64,000 nucleotides of DNA, from NCBI RefSeq assembly GCF_035594765.1, contig NC_085843.1, positions 677,399 to 741,398 of the forward strand. Reading direction: 5' to 3'. A program made the position numbers and the translations under genes. Position 1 is the stretch's first letter. Each line of letters opens with the position of its first letter. The notes below the pieces were generated by a model. That model had not been told where the DNA came from, searched no databases, and was given only the letters and a program-made list of their open reading frames with translations. Source of the stretch: Anolis carolinensis (Eukaryota). This document shows, one piece after another, positions 1 through 12,384 of the stretch.

Positions 1-89
1 GTGTAGGGGAGCCCTATGGGGTCAAATACGACTGTTCTCTTCAATATGAATTCCATGTCTGTGTAGATTTCAATCTCAGAGAGATTCTA

Positions 90-2011
<1,922 letters not shown>

Positions 2012-2230
2012 TCACTCTTTCCACACTCCAGGTATTTGGATGCTTTCTCCTTCACGTCCACTGTGATATCGGTGTTTCATTAGAATACAGATACTCGATT
2101 CTTCTTTTTTCCTTTTTTATCTGTGAGTTCAGGAATTCAGCAAGATCTTCACCTTGGGAGGATTTCTTCTTCCTATATTATTTCTTTCCTTACGGCACCC
2201 AAGACGTGGCTCCATAGAATCCTCATTTCC

Positions 2231-2255
2231 CTTGTCAAGAAAAAAGCAAAAGATC
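2231..2255 (-). promoter_or_regulatory. 3' splice acceptor of gene A terminal exon
   Basis: Minus strand CTTTTGCTTTTTTCTTGACAAG|GGAAATGAGG, homologous to the acceptors of B, C and D. Confidence 0.7.
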
Positions 2256-2333
2256 GAGAATGAAAGCCAGAAATCTTCTTCACCTCCAAGATTTCCACCT
2301 TTCACTTCATGGGTTATGTTGAAAATGGAAATA

Positions 2334-2962
2334 CAGTAGAGTCTCACTTATCCAACATAAACAATCCAGCAGAACATTGGATATGCAAAAATATTGGATA
2401 ATGACGAGTGATTAGGGGCCCCTGGTGGCACAGTGTGTTAAAGCGCTGAGCTGCTGAACTTGTGGACCAAAAGGTCCCAAGTTCAAATCCCGGGAGCAGA
2501 ATGAGCGCCCGCTTTTAGCACAAGCTCCAGCCAACCTAGCAGTTCGACATCATGCAAATGTGAGTAGATCAATAGGTACAGCTTCAGCGGGAAGGTAACG
2601 GCGCTCCATGCAGTCTTGCTGGACACATGATCTTGGAGGTGTCTATGGACAAGGCCTGCTCTTTGGCTTAGAAATGGAGATGAGCACCAACCCCCAGAGT
2701 CGGTCACGACTTGACTTAACGTCAGGGGAAACTTTTGCCTTACTTAAAGGAGGGATTAAGGGAAAGCCTATTAAACATCAATTTTAGCTATGAATTTACA
2801 AATTAAGCACCAAAACATCATGCTTTACAACAAGTCTGCCACTTGTTTGCGATCTAGGCTGTACTTGTATGTTGCTGCCTAGAGAAACAGTTGTGGGAGG
2901 AAGACTGTGTTCGATAATACAGAATGTTGCATGAGTGAAGGTTGGATAAGCGAGACTCTATG
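2334..2962. mobile_element. Tc1/mariner (pogo/Tigger-like) MITE interrupted by a Sauria SINE
   Basis: TIR CAGTAGAGTCTCACTTATCCAAC after TA; far end GTTGGATAAGCGAGACTCTA. Confidence 0.85.
2415..2744 (+). mobile_element. Sauria SINE
   Basis: tRNA-like head (GGTGGCACAGTG...GTTCAAATCC), core CATGCAAATGTGAGTAGATCAATAGGTAC, degenerate ACCTTT-type tail. Confidence 0.9.
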
Positions 2963-3289
2963 GCATCAAGAAATGCAGACATCGAGGTCTTAAGCACACA
3001 AATAGATACCAGGAAAGGCAATCAATTATTCTCAATAAAGAAGGGAATAAATCCAGAAAGAAAGAAGAACAGGGAGGGTAAAAAGAATGAATGATAGAAG
3101 GAAAAAAAGAAATCTCCTTCCAATATTCCAGAAGGAACTGAAGACTTGGATGTCTGGACAAGCCTTTGACCATGTCTAGTCCCAATGGTCTGCAGTTAAT
3201 GCCACAGAACTGCACTTTTGCCCTCTGCCCTTGTTCATTGACTAACATTTTCACCATCCTATTCCCTGCTCCTGTTTGCAGTGGGTTAT

Positions 3290-3498
3290 GTTTTATGACC
3301 GGTCTCATCATAGGTTATTAGGTGCAGTTTTGAGCTTAAACCTTGTGTGATATGTTTTGGTTTTATCTTGTATTGTATTGTGTGTTTATTGTGCATTGGT
3401 TTTAGGCACACTGTGCCATATGTAACAGCCCTGAGTTTCTTTGGGGAGATGGAGGCGGGGTACAAAAGCAAGGTTATGATTAGAGTTGTTATTATTAA
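3290..3498 (+). mobile_element. L2 LINE 3' tail fragment
   Basis: TGTAACAGCCCTGAG...GGAGATGGAGGCGGGGTAC stem-loop tail followed by (TTA)n. Confidence 0.65.
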
Positions 3499-3969
3499 TA
3501 CTGGAGCATCACTTTGGTTTCATTGGGCTGAACACAAATGTGGCCAAAGGAACGGAAGGCAGGCAGGCATAAAGGAACGGCTCTTTCCAGTATTAAAAGG
3601 TGTCATTCACTGGATAATGGGTTTCCTGGAATTACCAGGATGTGCTGTATCCTGAGGGACACAACGATTACGGGGCTGCCTTTCACGTCTGCTTCCTGAG
3701 CATCCCAACGCAGGCGCCTCCTGCCATCAAAGCAATCCTGCTGCCAACCAAGACCTGCCTCTCCACCGTCTAATTCAAATCACCATTGAGGCTTGTTGGG
3801 ATGTTCACAAAATGAGTCTCTGCTGAACCAAGTCCCCTCTGGGCCATTCACTCCCTCGGCTGAGCCCCAGGATGGGATGCAAAGACAAGCACAGCTCCAC
3901 CCACAATGCATTTTCCTGTCAATCTTTCTCCTTTGCCCACTTCTCTCTTTTTTCCTTGTCCTTTGTCCA

Positions 3970-4835
3970 TGTGATGCCTCATGGGCCTTGTAGTCCTGCT
4001 CCCAGTGCCATCGTGGCTAATGAAGACGAAAACATGGGGTTTTCGCCGGCTCAGCAAGAGCCGGAATCTTTCCAGATGCCTGATGTTGATGTTTTTGCCC
4101 AAGAACCCATTAAAACAGACCTTGAGCAGCTCTCACCCCCTTTTGCTAGGAGACAGTCCTATACTGCAGACAGGGGAGTGAAAGAACAGGTTCGCAGGAG
4201 TTTGAGAATTGCAGCTAAACAAGACACTGATTAGCCATGTTTCCCCTGGGAAAATCTAGGGAGTCTCACATCTGGAGGAAGCTGGGTTTCGTTTCCTGTT
4301 CTCTAGGGAAAGAGAAAGCTGGACACCTGCTTGGCAGGAAAACGGGGCCCAGATATAGGTGCCTGGCACGGTAGGTTCCGTGCGGAGTCAACGGAGCAGC
4401 TTCAGGAGTGATTTCATGTCTCCAGCCTAGTGTGGACTTCGCAAAGTCCACAAACCCAGTTACCTTGCTTTGCCTATCCAAGTATTCAAGATTTGCCTTG
4501 CCTTGTTCCTAGCCACGGATCTTGCTTCAAGAATCAAGTTTTATTCTCGACCTTGTTGTGGTTTTTACCTTGGACCCTGAAAGACCCTGGACGTTTCCCC
4601 ACACTATTGCTTGGCAATAGTGTCTGTTTCGGTTTCTTGGATTTAACTTTGAACTCTAATATAATATATTGGACTTTACATTTCTGGACTAAATTTGACC
4701 TTTCCTGAAAGGTCTGTTGTTGGAGTATATTTTCTACTTGTTTTTATTACTCTTACATATTTCCTTAATAAAGATATTAGATAGTTATTGGCCTCCGTGT
4801 CCGGTTCTTAGTGCTCCGTTGCCACGGGCGTGACA
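3970..4835 (+). mobile_element. Solo LTR (probably Gypsy-type), 866 bp
   Basis: TGTGATGCC...GGCGTGACA inverted termini; 5-bp TSD GTCCA (3965-3969, 4836-4840); AATAAA near 4767; empty paralogous site in gene B at 24719-24723. Confidence 0.9.
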
Positions 4836-5222
4836 GTCCAGAAGGAAAAAAGGTGGACCTGGGGCACGTCTTCACTGTGGAATGAATGCAAACTGACTCC
4901 ACCTCAATTGCCATGGCCCAGTGGGGTTGCTGCGTGTTTTCTGGGCATGGCTCAACGCTTTTGGAAGAATGTCTAGTTGTGATTCAGAGAATAATACAGT
5001 AGAGTCTCGCTTATCCAACGTTCTGTATTATCCAACACAGTCTGCCTTTTAGTTCAGATATGTTGATATGGTTCAGATATATTGATGACACCTTCACCAT
5101 TTGGAGCCATGGAGAAGAACTCAGCAAGTTCCTGGACCACCTCAACAGCATCCACCCAAAACATCCAATTCACCATGGAAATACAAAAGGAAGGGAAACT
5201 GCCATTTCTAGATGTTCTAGTT

Positions 5223-5507
5223 TAGGGGTCCTCAAACTTTTTAAACAGGGGGCCAGTTCACGGTCTCTCAAACCATTGGAGGGCCGGACGACAGTTTAAA
5301 AAACAAAAACTATGAAGAAATTCCCATGCACACTGCACATATCTAATTTTGAAGTCAAAAAACAAAAAGGGAACAAATACAGCCTCAATCATCATCATCA
5401 TCAGAAAAATAATAAAGAGTGTTGGAAGAGACCCCTTGGGCCATCTACTCCAACCCCTTCTGCTTTTGTGCACCAAAATGTAATCCAAGCACCCCTGACA
5501 GCCACCC

Positions 5508-5562
<55 letters not shown>

Positions 5563-6182
5563 GTGTGGTTTTCTGGCATTGTGTATTTCTGCCGCTTCTG
5601 TGACTGCTCATTTGGTTTTTGATGATTCCGTAGCCCACTTGTCGATGGATGTCCAGAATCAGCAACATCCACCGAGGTCCTTTTTATCCTGGGCGACGAC
5701 CGAGCCAGTATAGACTTCGTTTGGGTTTGATTCTCCATAATACTATTAGGTTAGGTGCTCTTGGTTCCAATTCCTCAGCTGAGGCTTCTCTGGCTTGGTT
5801 GGAACTGCCGGTAGTTACACTACCGCCAGCACAGCCCTCAGCGTCCTCGGAATGGTTGAGCACCCCCACCACGTCAAAGTGGCACCTGCGGACCTCAAGA
5901 TTGAACTGCAAAGACTCCGGCAGAAACCAGTGCAGGTGGTCCCGGTGGTGATGGGCACATTGGGTGCCATGCCAAAAGATCTCAGCCGGCATTTGGAAAC
6001 AATAGACATTGACAAAATTACGATCTGCCAACTGCAAAAGGCCACCTTACTGGGATCTGCACGCATCATCCAAAAATACATCACACAGTCCTAGACACTT
6101 GGGAAGTGTTCGACTTGTGATTTTGTGAAATGAAATCCAGCATGTCTATCTTGTTTGCTGTGTCATACAACGTCGTTGTGTC

Positions 6183-6220
<38 letters not shown>

Positions 6221-6355
6221 CATAATACACATGGTTGGAAGAGACCCCTTGAGCCATCTACTCCAACCCCCTTCTGCTTGTGTGCACCAAAACATAATCC
6301 AAGCACCCCTGACCAACAACAACAATAATACTGTAATAATCAGGGTTGGAAGAGA
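5223..6355. mobile_element. Non-autonomous hAT element (one TIR visible) carrying CR1-tail-like units and a Dong insertion
   Basis: TAGGGGTCCTCAAACT terminus; interior homologous to the reverse complement of 9075-9899. Confidence 0.75.
5561..6220 (+). mobile_element. Dong/R4 LINE: 3' end plus an inverted 5' segment, inserted in (TAA)n
   Basis: C-terminal DLKIELQRL...VVPVVMGTLG...LQKATLLGSARII (5890-6094); (TAA)n on both sides; inverted part 5561-5889 encodes an N-terminus-like peptide ...KRQKYTMPENH. Confidence 0.85.
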
Positions 6356-7442
6356 CTAGCCTTCAAGAAAAATGAATCCACAACAGGGCTGCAGAGTTTT
6401 CTTTCAGTCATTCACATTGGAATGACTGCGGAGGAGGGAGAGAGGCACACACAGACTCCGTGCTTGTTTCTCAGTTTACAGAAAACCTACAAACACGGAT
6501 AGATACCTTCATAAAAACTCCAACCATCACCAAAGTCAAAAAAAGAAGCACAATCAAAGCCCTGACAGATCGCTCAGAAAGAATCTGCAAACCTCTCTTC
6601 CTACAAGGTGAACTAAACCACCTAAACTGGCCAATGGAGACTCCACCATGAACATCAGAAGAGCTGTAAGGCCAAGAACAAGCCATGAGAGGAAAGACAA
6701 GATCCACCCCGAGGAAAGGTGTTCTTACCAGACATCAAGGGAACCACTGACCGCACAGGCAAACTGATGAAGAAACACAACCTACAAATTATCTACAGAC
6801 CCACAAAGAAAATCCAACAAATGCTACGGTAGGCGAAGTACAAGAGAGATCCTCTCACCTCTGCAGGAGTCTACCACATACCATGCAGCTGTGGACACGT
6901 CTACATAGGGACCACCAAATGCAGCATTGCCCAGACACGAGTCAAAGAACATGAAAGGCACTGCAGACTCACTCAACCAGAGAAATCAGCCATAGCAGAG
7001 CCCTTGATGAACCAGCCTGGACTTAGTATATTATTTGAGAACACAGAAATGCTCAACCATTCCAACAACTATCATGTCAGGCTACACAGAGAAGCCATTG
7101 AAATCCACAAGCATGTGGACAATTTAAACAGAAAGGAGGAAACTATGAAAATGAACAAAATCTGGATACCAGTATTAACTCCAAAATCAGTACAGTAAAT
7201 AAGGGACAACACTCTGAAAACAGAAGAATTCCAGACAGGAATCAATCAGGGGCAGCTCATGACTCTGAACAAAGGATTCCCCCAGGCCAGGAGGTGAAGC
7301 TGGGAAGGCCATTTAATACTAATTGAGGTGATTAATTACAACATTCACACTGGCCTCCAACAGACAATAGTTCTTTTCCCCACCCAGGACCTTCCACAGA
7401 TATATAAACCTTCCTTGCTCAGTTTCTCCACATGCCTCACAA

Positions 7443-7483
7443 CCTCTGAGGATGCCTGCCGTAGATGCGGGTGAAACGTCAGG
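7443..7483 (+). ncRNA. Minimal type I hammerhead ribozyme in the Penelope pseudo-LTR
   Basis: cct-CTGAGGA-[tgcctgc cgtagat gcgggt]-GAAAC-GTC^agg: intact core, palindromic ACGT stem III, predicted cleavage after 7480. Confidence 0.85.
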
Positions 7484-7624
7484 AGAGAATGCTTCTGGAA
7501 CATGGCCAGACAGCCCGGAAAACACACAACAACCCTGTCGGTTCTGATTATTTTTTTTCCCTTTGCTGATCACCCTCAATTTTGCTCTGGCCAGTAATAA
7601 AGCTGTAGTTTGTATCGCCTGCCT

Positions 7625-7990
7625 CAAGTGTCTAAAAAGAAAAGATACGAGGACTCACCAAGTCCCAACAGTGTGAGATGCATTGCTAAGAAGCATAAAA
7701 TAGGATTGAAATGGGAAAAGACGGAGAAGAAAGTCAAAGAATGTTTGGCAAAGCATGTTGGTGACAATGCAGGTAATGTTGGATCAATGGGAGACAATGT
7801 GGAGTAAGGGTTAAAACTCACAGGATGTTATAATCTGAAAGAGAATGTCCATCAAATGAAGTAACCATGGTGTGTGGCTCCCGAGATGTGTAAGGAGGTC
7901 TCTCGCCAAGGCTTGCTGGAAATGGAAACGACAAGGGGGTCTTCTCACCATTTGTGGTGGGCAGGCAACGAGGCCCAGAAAGGCTGCGTT
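7625..7990 (+). mobile_element. Degenerate L1/Tx1 ORF2 C-terminal fragment
   Basis: Broken translation QWETMWSKG..LTGCYNLKEN...CWKWK...HLWWA matches the L1/Tx1 cysteine-rich region. Confidence 0.65.
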
Positions 7991-8064
7991 CAAATCCCTG
8001 AGCTCATCCAGAACATCTGGGGGCAGGGGGCTGGGGGGGGGGGGGGATGGAGCCAGTTAGAACC

Positions 8065-8323
8065 TGAGGCGTAGATGGCGTAGTGGACTAAGTGACTTGA
8101 AGGTTGGGTTGCTGACCTGAAGGCTGCCAGGTTCAAATCCCACCCGGGGAGAGTGTGGATGAGCTCCCTCTATCAGATCCAGCTCCATGCGGGGACATGA
8201 GAGAAGCCTCCCACAAGGACGGTAAAACTTCAAAATATCTGGGCGTCCCCTGGGCAACGTCTTTGCAGACGGCCAATTCTCTCACTCCAGAAGCGACTCA
8301 AGTTGATCCTGACACAAAAAAAC
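8065..8323 (+). mobile_element. tRNA-derived SINE (Anolis SINE2-like); further copies at 13040-13252 and 43015-43291
   Basis: B-box GGTTCAAATCC, shared body GGGGACATGAGAGAAGCCTCCCACAAGGA, A tail. Confidence 0.8.
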
Positions 8324-9074
8324 CCTGTCCGAACGCATCTCTCCCTCTGAACCACCTTGGAGATTGAGAGCGTCCGCAAGCGCGACTGGCAGGGATGAGA
8401 GACAGGGCCGGCCGGCCGGCCTTCCTTCCTTCCTTCCCAGTGGTGGCCCCTCCCTCGGGGTGTGTGGTCAACCACACACACACCCCGCCTTTGGGAGAAA
8501 GGTACAATCTTGGCTGTGGGATCAGGCTTGTCGTGAACAGGGCAATGGCAGGTCTGGAACATGTGGAACCGCTCTGGAAAGGCTTTGACTACGACTAGGG
8601 ATGGCGTGATTTTTATGGAAAGTCATGTCTTTAAATGTTTAATATTTCTTTATTTTATTTAAAGCATTTGTATTCCGCCCTCCTTCTCACCCCAAAGGGG
8701 ACTCAGGGCAGAGTATATATACGGCAAGCACTCTGTGCCGGGACATAACTATAAATATACACAAACATTAAAATGGTCATATCTGCCTTAAAATCAGCTG
8801 TTGAAACCAACTCAGGACACCATGCTGGCTCCAGTCAACGGAGTGGGTTTCCTCTTATTGCCTCCTTGCCCTGCCCCAAAGGCTGGGTCCCACAGCCAGG
8901 CCTTGACCCTCTTTCTGAAGGACGGGAGGGAGGGGGGGGGCTGATCTCATCTCGCCAGGGAGGGGGGCATCACTGAGAAGGAAGGCCCTGTCTCTCTCTC
9001 TCTCGTCCCTGCCAGTCGTGCCTGTGTCTGACTTTAATCTAATCTAATTTTTTTTAATTGTGTATGTTCTAAGG

Positions 9075-9202
9075 CAGGGGTCCCCAAACTAAGACCCGGG
9101 GGCCGGATGTGGCCCATCGAAGCCATTTATCTGGCCCCCATGGCACAAGGGCAGAAGGGGGTTGGGCTAAAGGACCCAAGGGGTCTCTTCTTCTCTTACA
9201 AC

Positions 9203-9238
<36 letters not shown>

Positions 9239-9899
9239 TATTATTAGAAGCAGAACAAGATGAGTCCACAGCAGACACTCTGCTGGCTGTTGTACTGGAT
9301 CACACGCCAGACACTTCCCAAGTTTCTAGGACTGTGTGATGTATCGGCGAATAATGCGTGCAGGTCCCAGTAAGGTGGCCTTCTGCAGCTGGCAGGTGGG
9401 GATTTTGTCAGCGCCGATTGTATTTAAGTGCAGGCCAAGGTCTTTAGGCACTGTACCCAGTGTGCCGATCACCACTAGGATCACCTTGACTGGCTTGTGC
9501 CAGAGTCTTTGCAATTCGATCTTTAAATCCTCATATTGTGTCAGCTTTTCCAGTTGTTTCTCCTCAATCCTGCTGTCCCCTGGGATTGCAACATCAACAA
9601 TCCATACTTTGTTTTTTAACACGATTGTGAGGTCAGAAGTATTGTGTTCCAAAGCCCTGTATTATTATTATTATTATTAACATTGAGGCTGGGTGGCCAT
9701 CTGTCAGGGGTGCTTTGCTTGTGCTTTCGGTGCACAAAGGCAGAAGGGGATTGGACTCAATGGCCCAAAGGATCTCTTCCAACTCTCTTTTTTATTGTTG
9801 TTGTTGTTGTTATTGCTCGGTGGCCAACTATAGTCCAGCCCTCCAACGGTCCGAAGGATCGTGAACTGGCCCCCAGTTTAAAAAGTTTGGGGACCCTTG
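9075..9899. mobile_element. Non-autonomous hAT element, both TIRs present
   Basis: CAGGGGTCCCCAAACT ... AGTTTGGGGACCCTTG; 8-bp TSD TTCTAAGG/GTCTAAGG. Confidence 0.9.
9240..9655 (-). mobile_element. Dong/R4 LINE 3' fragment nested in the hAT element
   Basis: ORF 9326-9652: DLTIVLKNKVWIVDVAIPGD...EKL...LQKATLLG (restriction-like endonuclease); (TAT)/(CAT)n flanks. Confidence 0.9.
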
Positions 9900-10534
9900 G
9901 TCTAAGGCATTGAGTAATTGCCTCTGCGTAAGCCACCTTGAGTCCCCTGCGGGGTGGAGATAGAGAGCAAGGCGGGGCAGAAGTAGAGCAAACAAGTAAG
10001 TAAACAATAAACCTGTAATTGTCTGGAGCTAAATGAAGACAGAAAAGAAGAAAGAGAAAATAGAAAGGGAGTCAAATTCCCATCTATGTTCTCTTGTTCT
10101 TGGCACCGTTTGTGTTTCTGTTCTAGGCTTCTTGTCTGAAAATTTTAAAACACTTTTAATGTAACTTTTGAAATGAAAAACGATGTTAAACAAGGAGAGT
10201 GGGTCTCCAGTGTAAAAGTGATGTGGCTTAAAACTCAGGAAGTCTCCAGGCAGCAAGCAAGGAAGGGCTTTATATCTTTAATGTTACATAATTTTTGCTG
10301 CATTTAACGATTGTGCGTTGCTTGGAACCCCACCCGTGGGAGAGGAGAAAAGTGGGATAGTCAATCAATAAATAAGAATAATAGACACAATATTTGCAGA
10401 AATATTTACGAAAAGTAATCATAAAATATTCACTAAAATATTCATGAAAATATTTAGTAAAAAACATTCATAAAAATGTCCTGGATGATGGAAGACACGG
10501 CAAAGAGAAGGAGGGAAAGGGAGAGGGAGGGATC

Positions 10535-10800
10535 CTTGGGTGGCTGTGAGGTTTCTGGGCTGCCTGGCCATGTCCCAGCAGCACTCCCTACTGGCGTTTC
10601 GCCTGCATCTGTGGCAGGCATCCTCAGAGGTGGTGCGGTCTGCTGGAAACGAGGTCCCTGCGGAATGATGCCCAGGGAGGGAGGGAGGGAGACAGAACTC
10701 TGGCGTGGCAATTAATCAATCACCTTGAACAGCATTGAATGTCCTTGCAGCTCCAAGGCCTGTCTGCTTGTTGCCTGGGGGGATCCTTGGTTGGGCGGCC
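10535..10800 (-). mobile_element. Penelope pseudo-LTR fragment with a mutated hammerhead
   Basis: Minus strand CTGAGGA-stem-GAAACGCC; homologous to 7290-7537. Confidence 0.75.
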
Positions 10801-10899
10801 TGGTGGTGGTCAGAGGGGCCCGGCCTGTCTCTCTTCTCCGATAACAGGCTGATCCTCCCCCACCCCCCCCCCACCCCCCGGCAGGGAGCAGCCAGGCCC

Positions 10900-11700
10900 T
10901 GAGGCGGCGAGGCTGTTCAGTGCCTGTCACGGGGGCCAATGGCAGCCTTCTCCCTCCCTTGGACAACCCTCCGCGGGGATGTAGAGACACGAACCCCGCC
11001 CGAGGCCTCCCCAGGAAGGAAGGGGCCTCCCTGCCACCAGGGCCTGTGGGCGGAAGGCCAGGAGAGCGTGCCGCGGGGAGAGGGCCAGGCCGCCCGGATG
11101 GGAACCGTGAGGGGCGCCTTCTTCCCGGGAGAGGGGCTCCCTGAGGGCTCCTCCCGCTCTCTCTCTGGGCCACTCCACCCCTGCCTCCAGGCCTCACCTT
11201 CTTCCTTCCTCGGCCTCTGGGCTCCGAGCGAGGGAGGGAGCCTGCCTTCCTTCCTTCCTTCCTTCTTTCTTTCTCCTCAGACGACGACGCCGCGCTCGCC
11301 TCTCGCTCCTAAAATGGCGGCGGATGAAGGCGAGAGGGAGGGCGGGGCTGAGTGACGTCAGCACCAGGGGAAGAGAAGAGAGGAGGCGGGCCCTGCGCAG
11401 GGCAGCCGCGCTCCTGATTGGCCGCCCGGGAGGCTGGAGGCGCGTCCGGCTGGCTGTCGCCCTGGGGACGGAGCTCATTTGCATGTTTAAGGGGGCGTCA
11501 GCACGTACGCGACGTAGCTGCTGAGGAGCGGAGGCCCCGCCGAGAGCCGGCGACGCCCGTCGGAGGAAGGGCGGAGAGGAGGTGGGTGGCCTTTGGGGCT
11601 GGGCTGGGGGGGGGGTCCCCTCCGAGGTGGAACCCCCGGGAGAGAGAGAGAGAGAGGGGGGGCGCGGCGGAGGCCTGAGGCTGCATCTCAGGGCCGCCGT
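10900..11700. promoter_or_regulatory. CpG island, candidate bidirectional promoter for ZNF A (minus) and ZNF B (plus)
   Basis: CpG-dense. YY1 AAAATGGCGGC 11311, GC box 11340, CRE TGACGTCA 11353, ATTGG 11417, octamer ATTTGCAT 11477. Minus donor AG|GTGAGG at 11198/11197; plus donor AG|GTGGGT at 11581/11582. Confidence 0.8.
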
Positions 11701-11940
11701 GACAATCACGTTCAAAGCCCCCCCCCCCCACAGATGGCCACCCGGCCTCTGCTTTATTGTGTGACTGTTGTGATTGATGCCAGACTGTTTTGGGCTTGTC
11801 CCAGTGTAAGCCGCCCCGAGTCCTTCGGAAGACGGACTGGGGCATAGGTAAAGTGTTATTATTATAATTATTATTATTATTTCATTATTAAAGGCCTCCA
11901 CCACACTCCACACGGGGCAGGGAGTTCCACTGCTGAACAG

Positions 11941-11974
<34 letters not shown>

Positions 11975-12382
11975 GTGAGGAAGACCTTCCTAATGTCCTG
12001 ACCAGCCTCAGTTGGCATTATAACTCTATCCCGAATTTTATTATGTCCCTTTTATTCTGGTATTTTAACCGATGGTGTTGTTTTTATATTGCTGCTGTAG
12101 TCCCCCCCCCCCCCACCAATGAAGTCGACTGAATTGTACTTGGTGGTTGATTGATATTATTGTTTTATTGTCTTACTGTGTTTCATATTTTTTGGTATAT
12201 TGTTTAATGTATTTATGCTGCTGTTTTTGTAAATTGTGCTAGTCGGGCCTTGACCCATGTGAGCCACCCCGAGTCCCCGCGGCGAGATGGTGGCGGGGAA
12301 TAAATAAAGTGTTATTTATTATTATTATTAATGTTCAGGTGGAATCTCCTTCCTTCCCTGTAGTTTGAAGCCATTGCATCCT
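11700..12382. mobile_element. CR1 3' fragment (minus) split by two L2 tail insertions (plus)
   Basis: CR1 pieces at about 11710-11752, 11890-11993 and 12331-12382; L2 tails GCCGCCCCGAGTCC...(TTA)n between them. Confidence 0.7.
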
Positions 12383-12384
12383 AG

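Larger units (their letters stand above)
5060..7537 (+). mobile_element. Penelope-like retroelement, degraded and interrupted at 5223-6470
   Basis: RT motifs WFRYIDDTF and LPFLDV (5060-5222), VYRKPT near 6472, GIY-YIG motif GVYHIPCSCGHVYIGTT near 6866-6916, pseudo-LTR at about 7190-7537. Confidence 0.9.

Noticed and set aside
2415-2490. tRNA genes at SINE heads (also 8070, 14338, 31286, 48216)
   Set aside because: A and B boxes continue into SINE bodies and tails; no complete cloverleaf seen.
5258-5738. Poly-Leu and poly-Ile ORFs
   Set aside because: Translation of the (TAA)n microsatellite.
10712-12018. Long GC-rich ORFs in the CpG islands (also 35733-36417)
   Set aside because: Stop-poor because of base composition, low complexity, and some run into transposon sequence.
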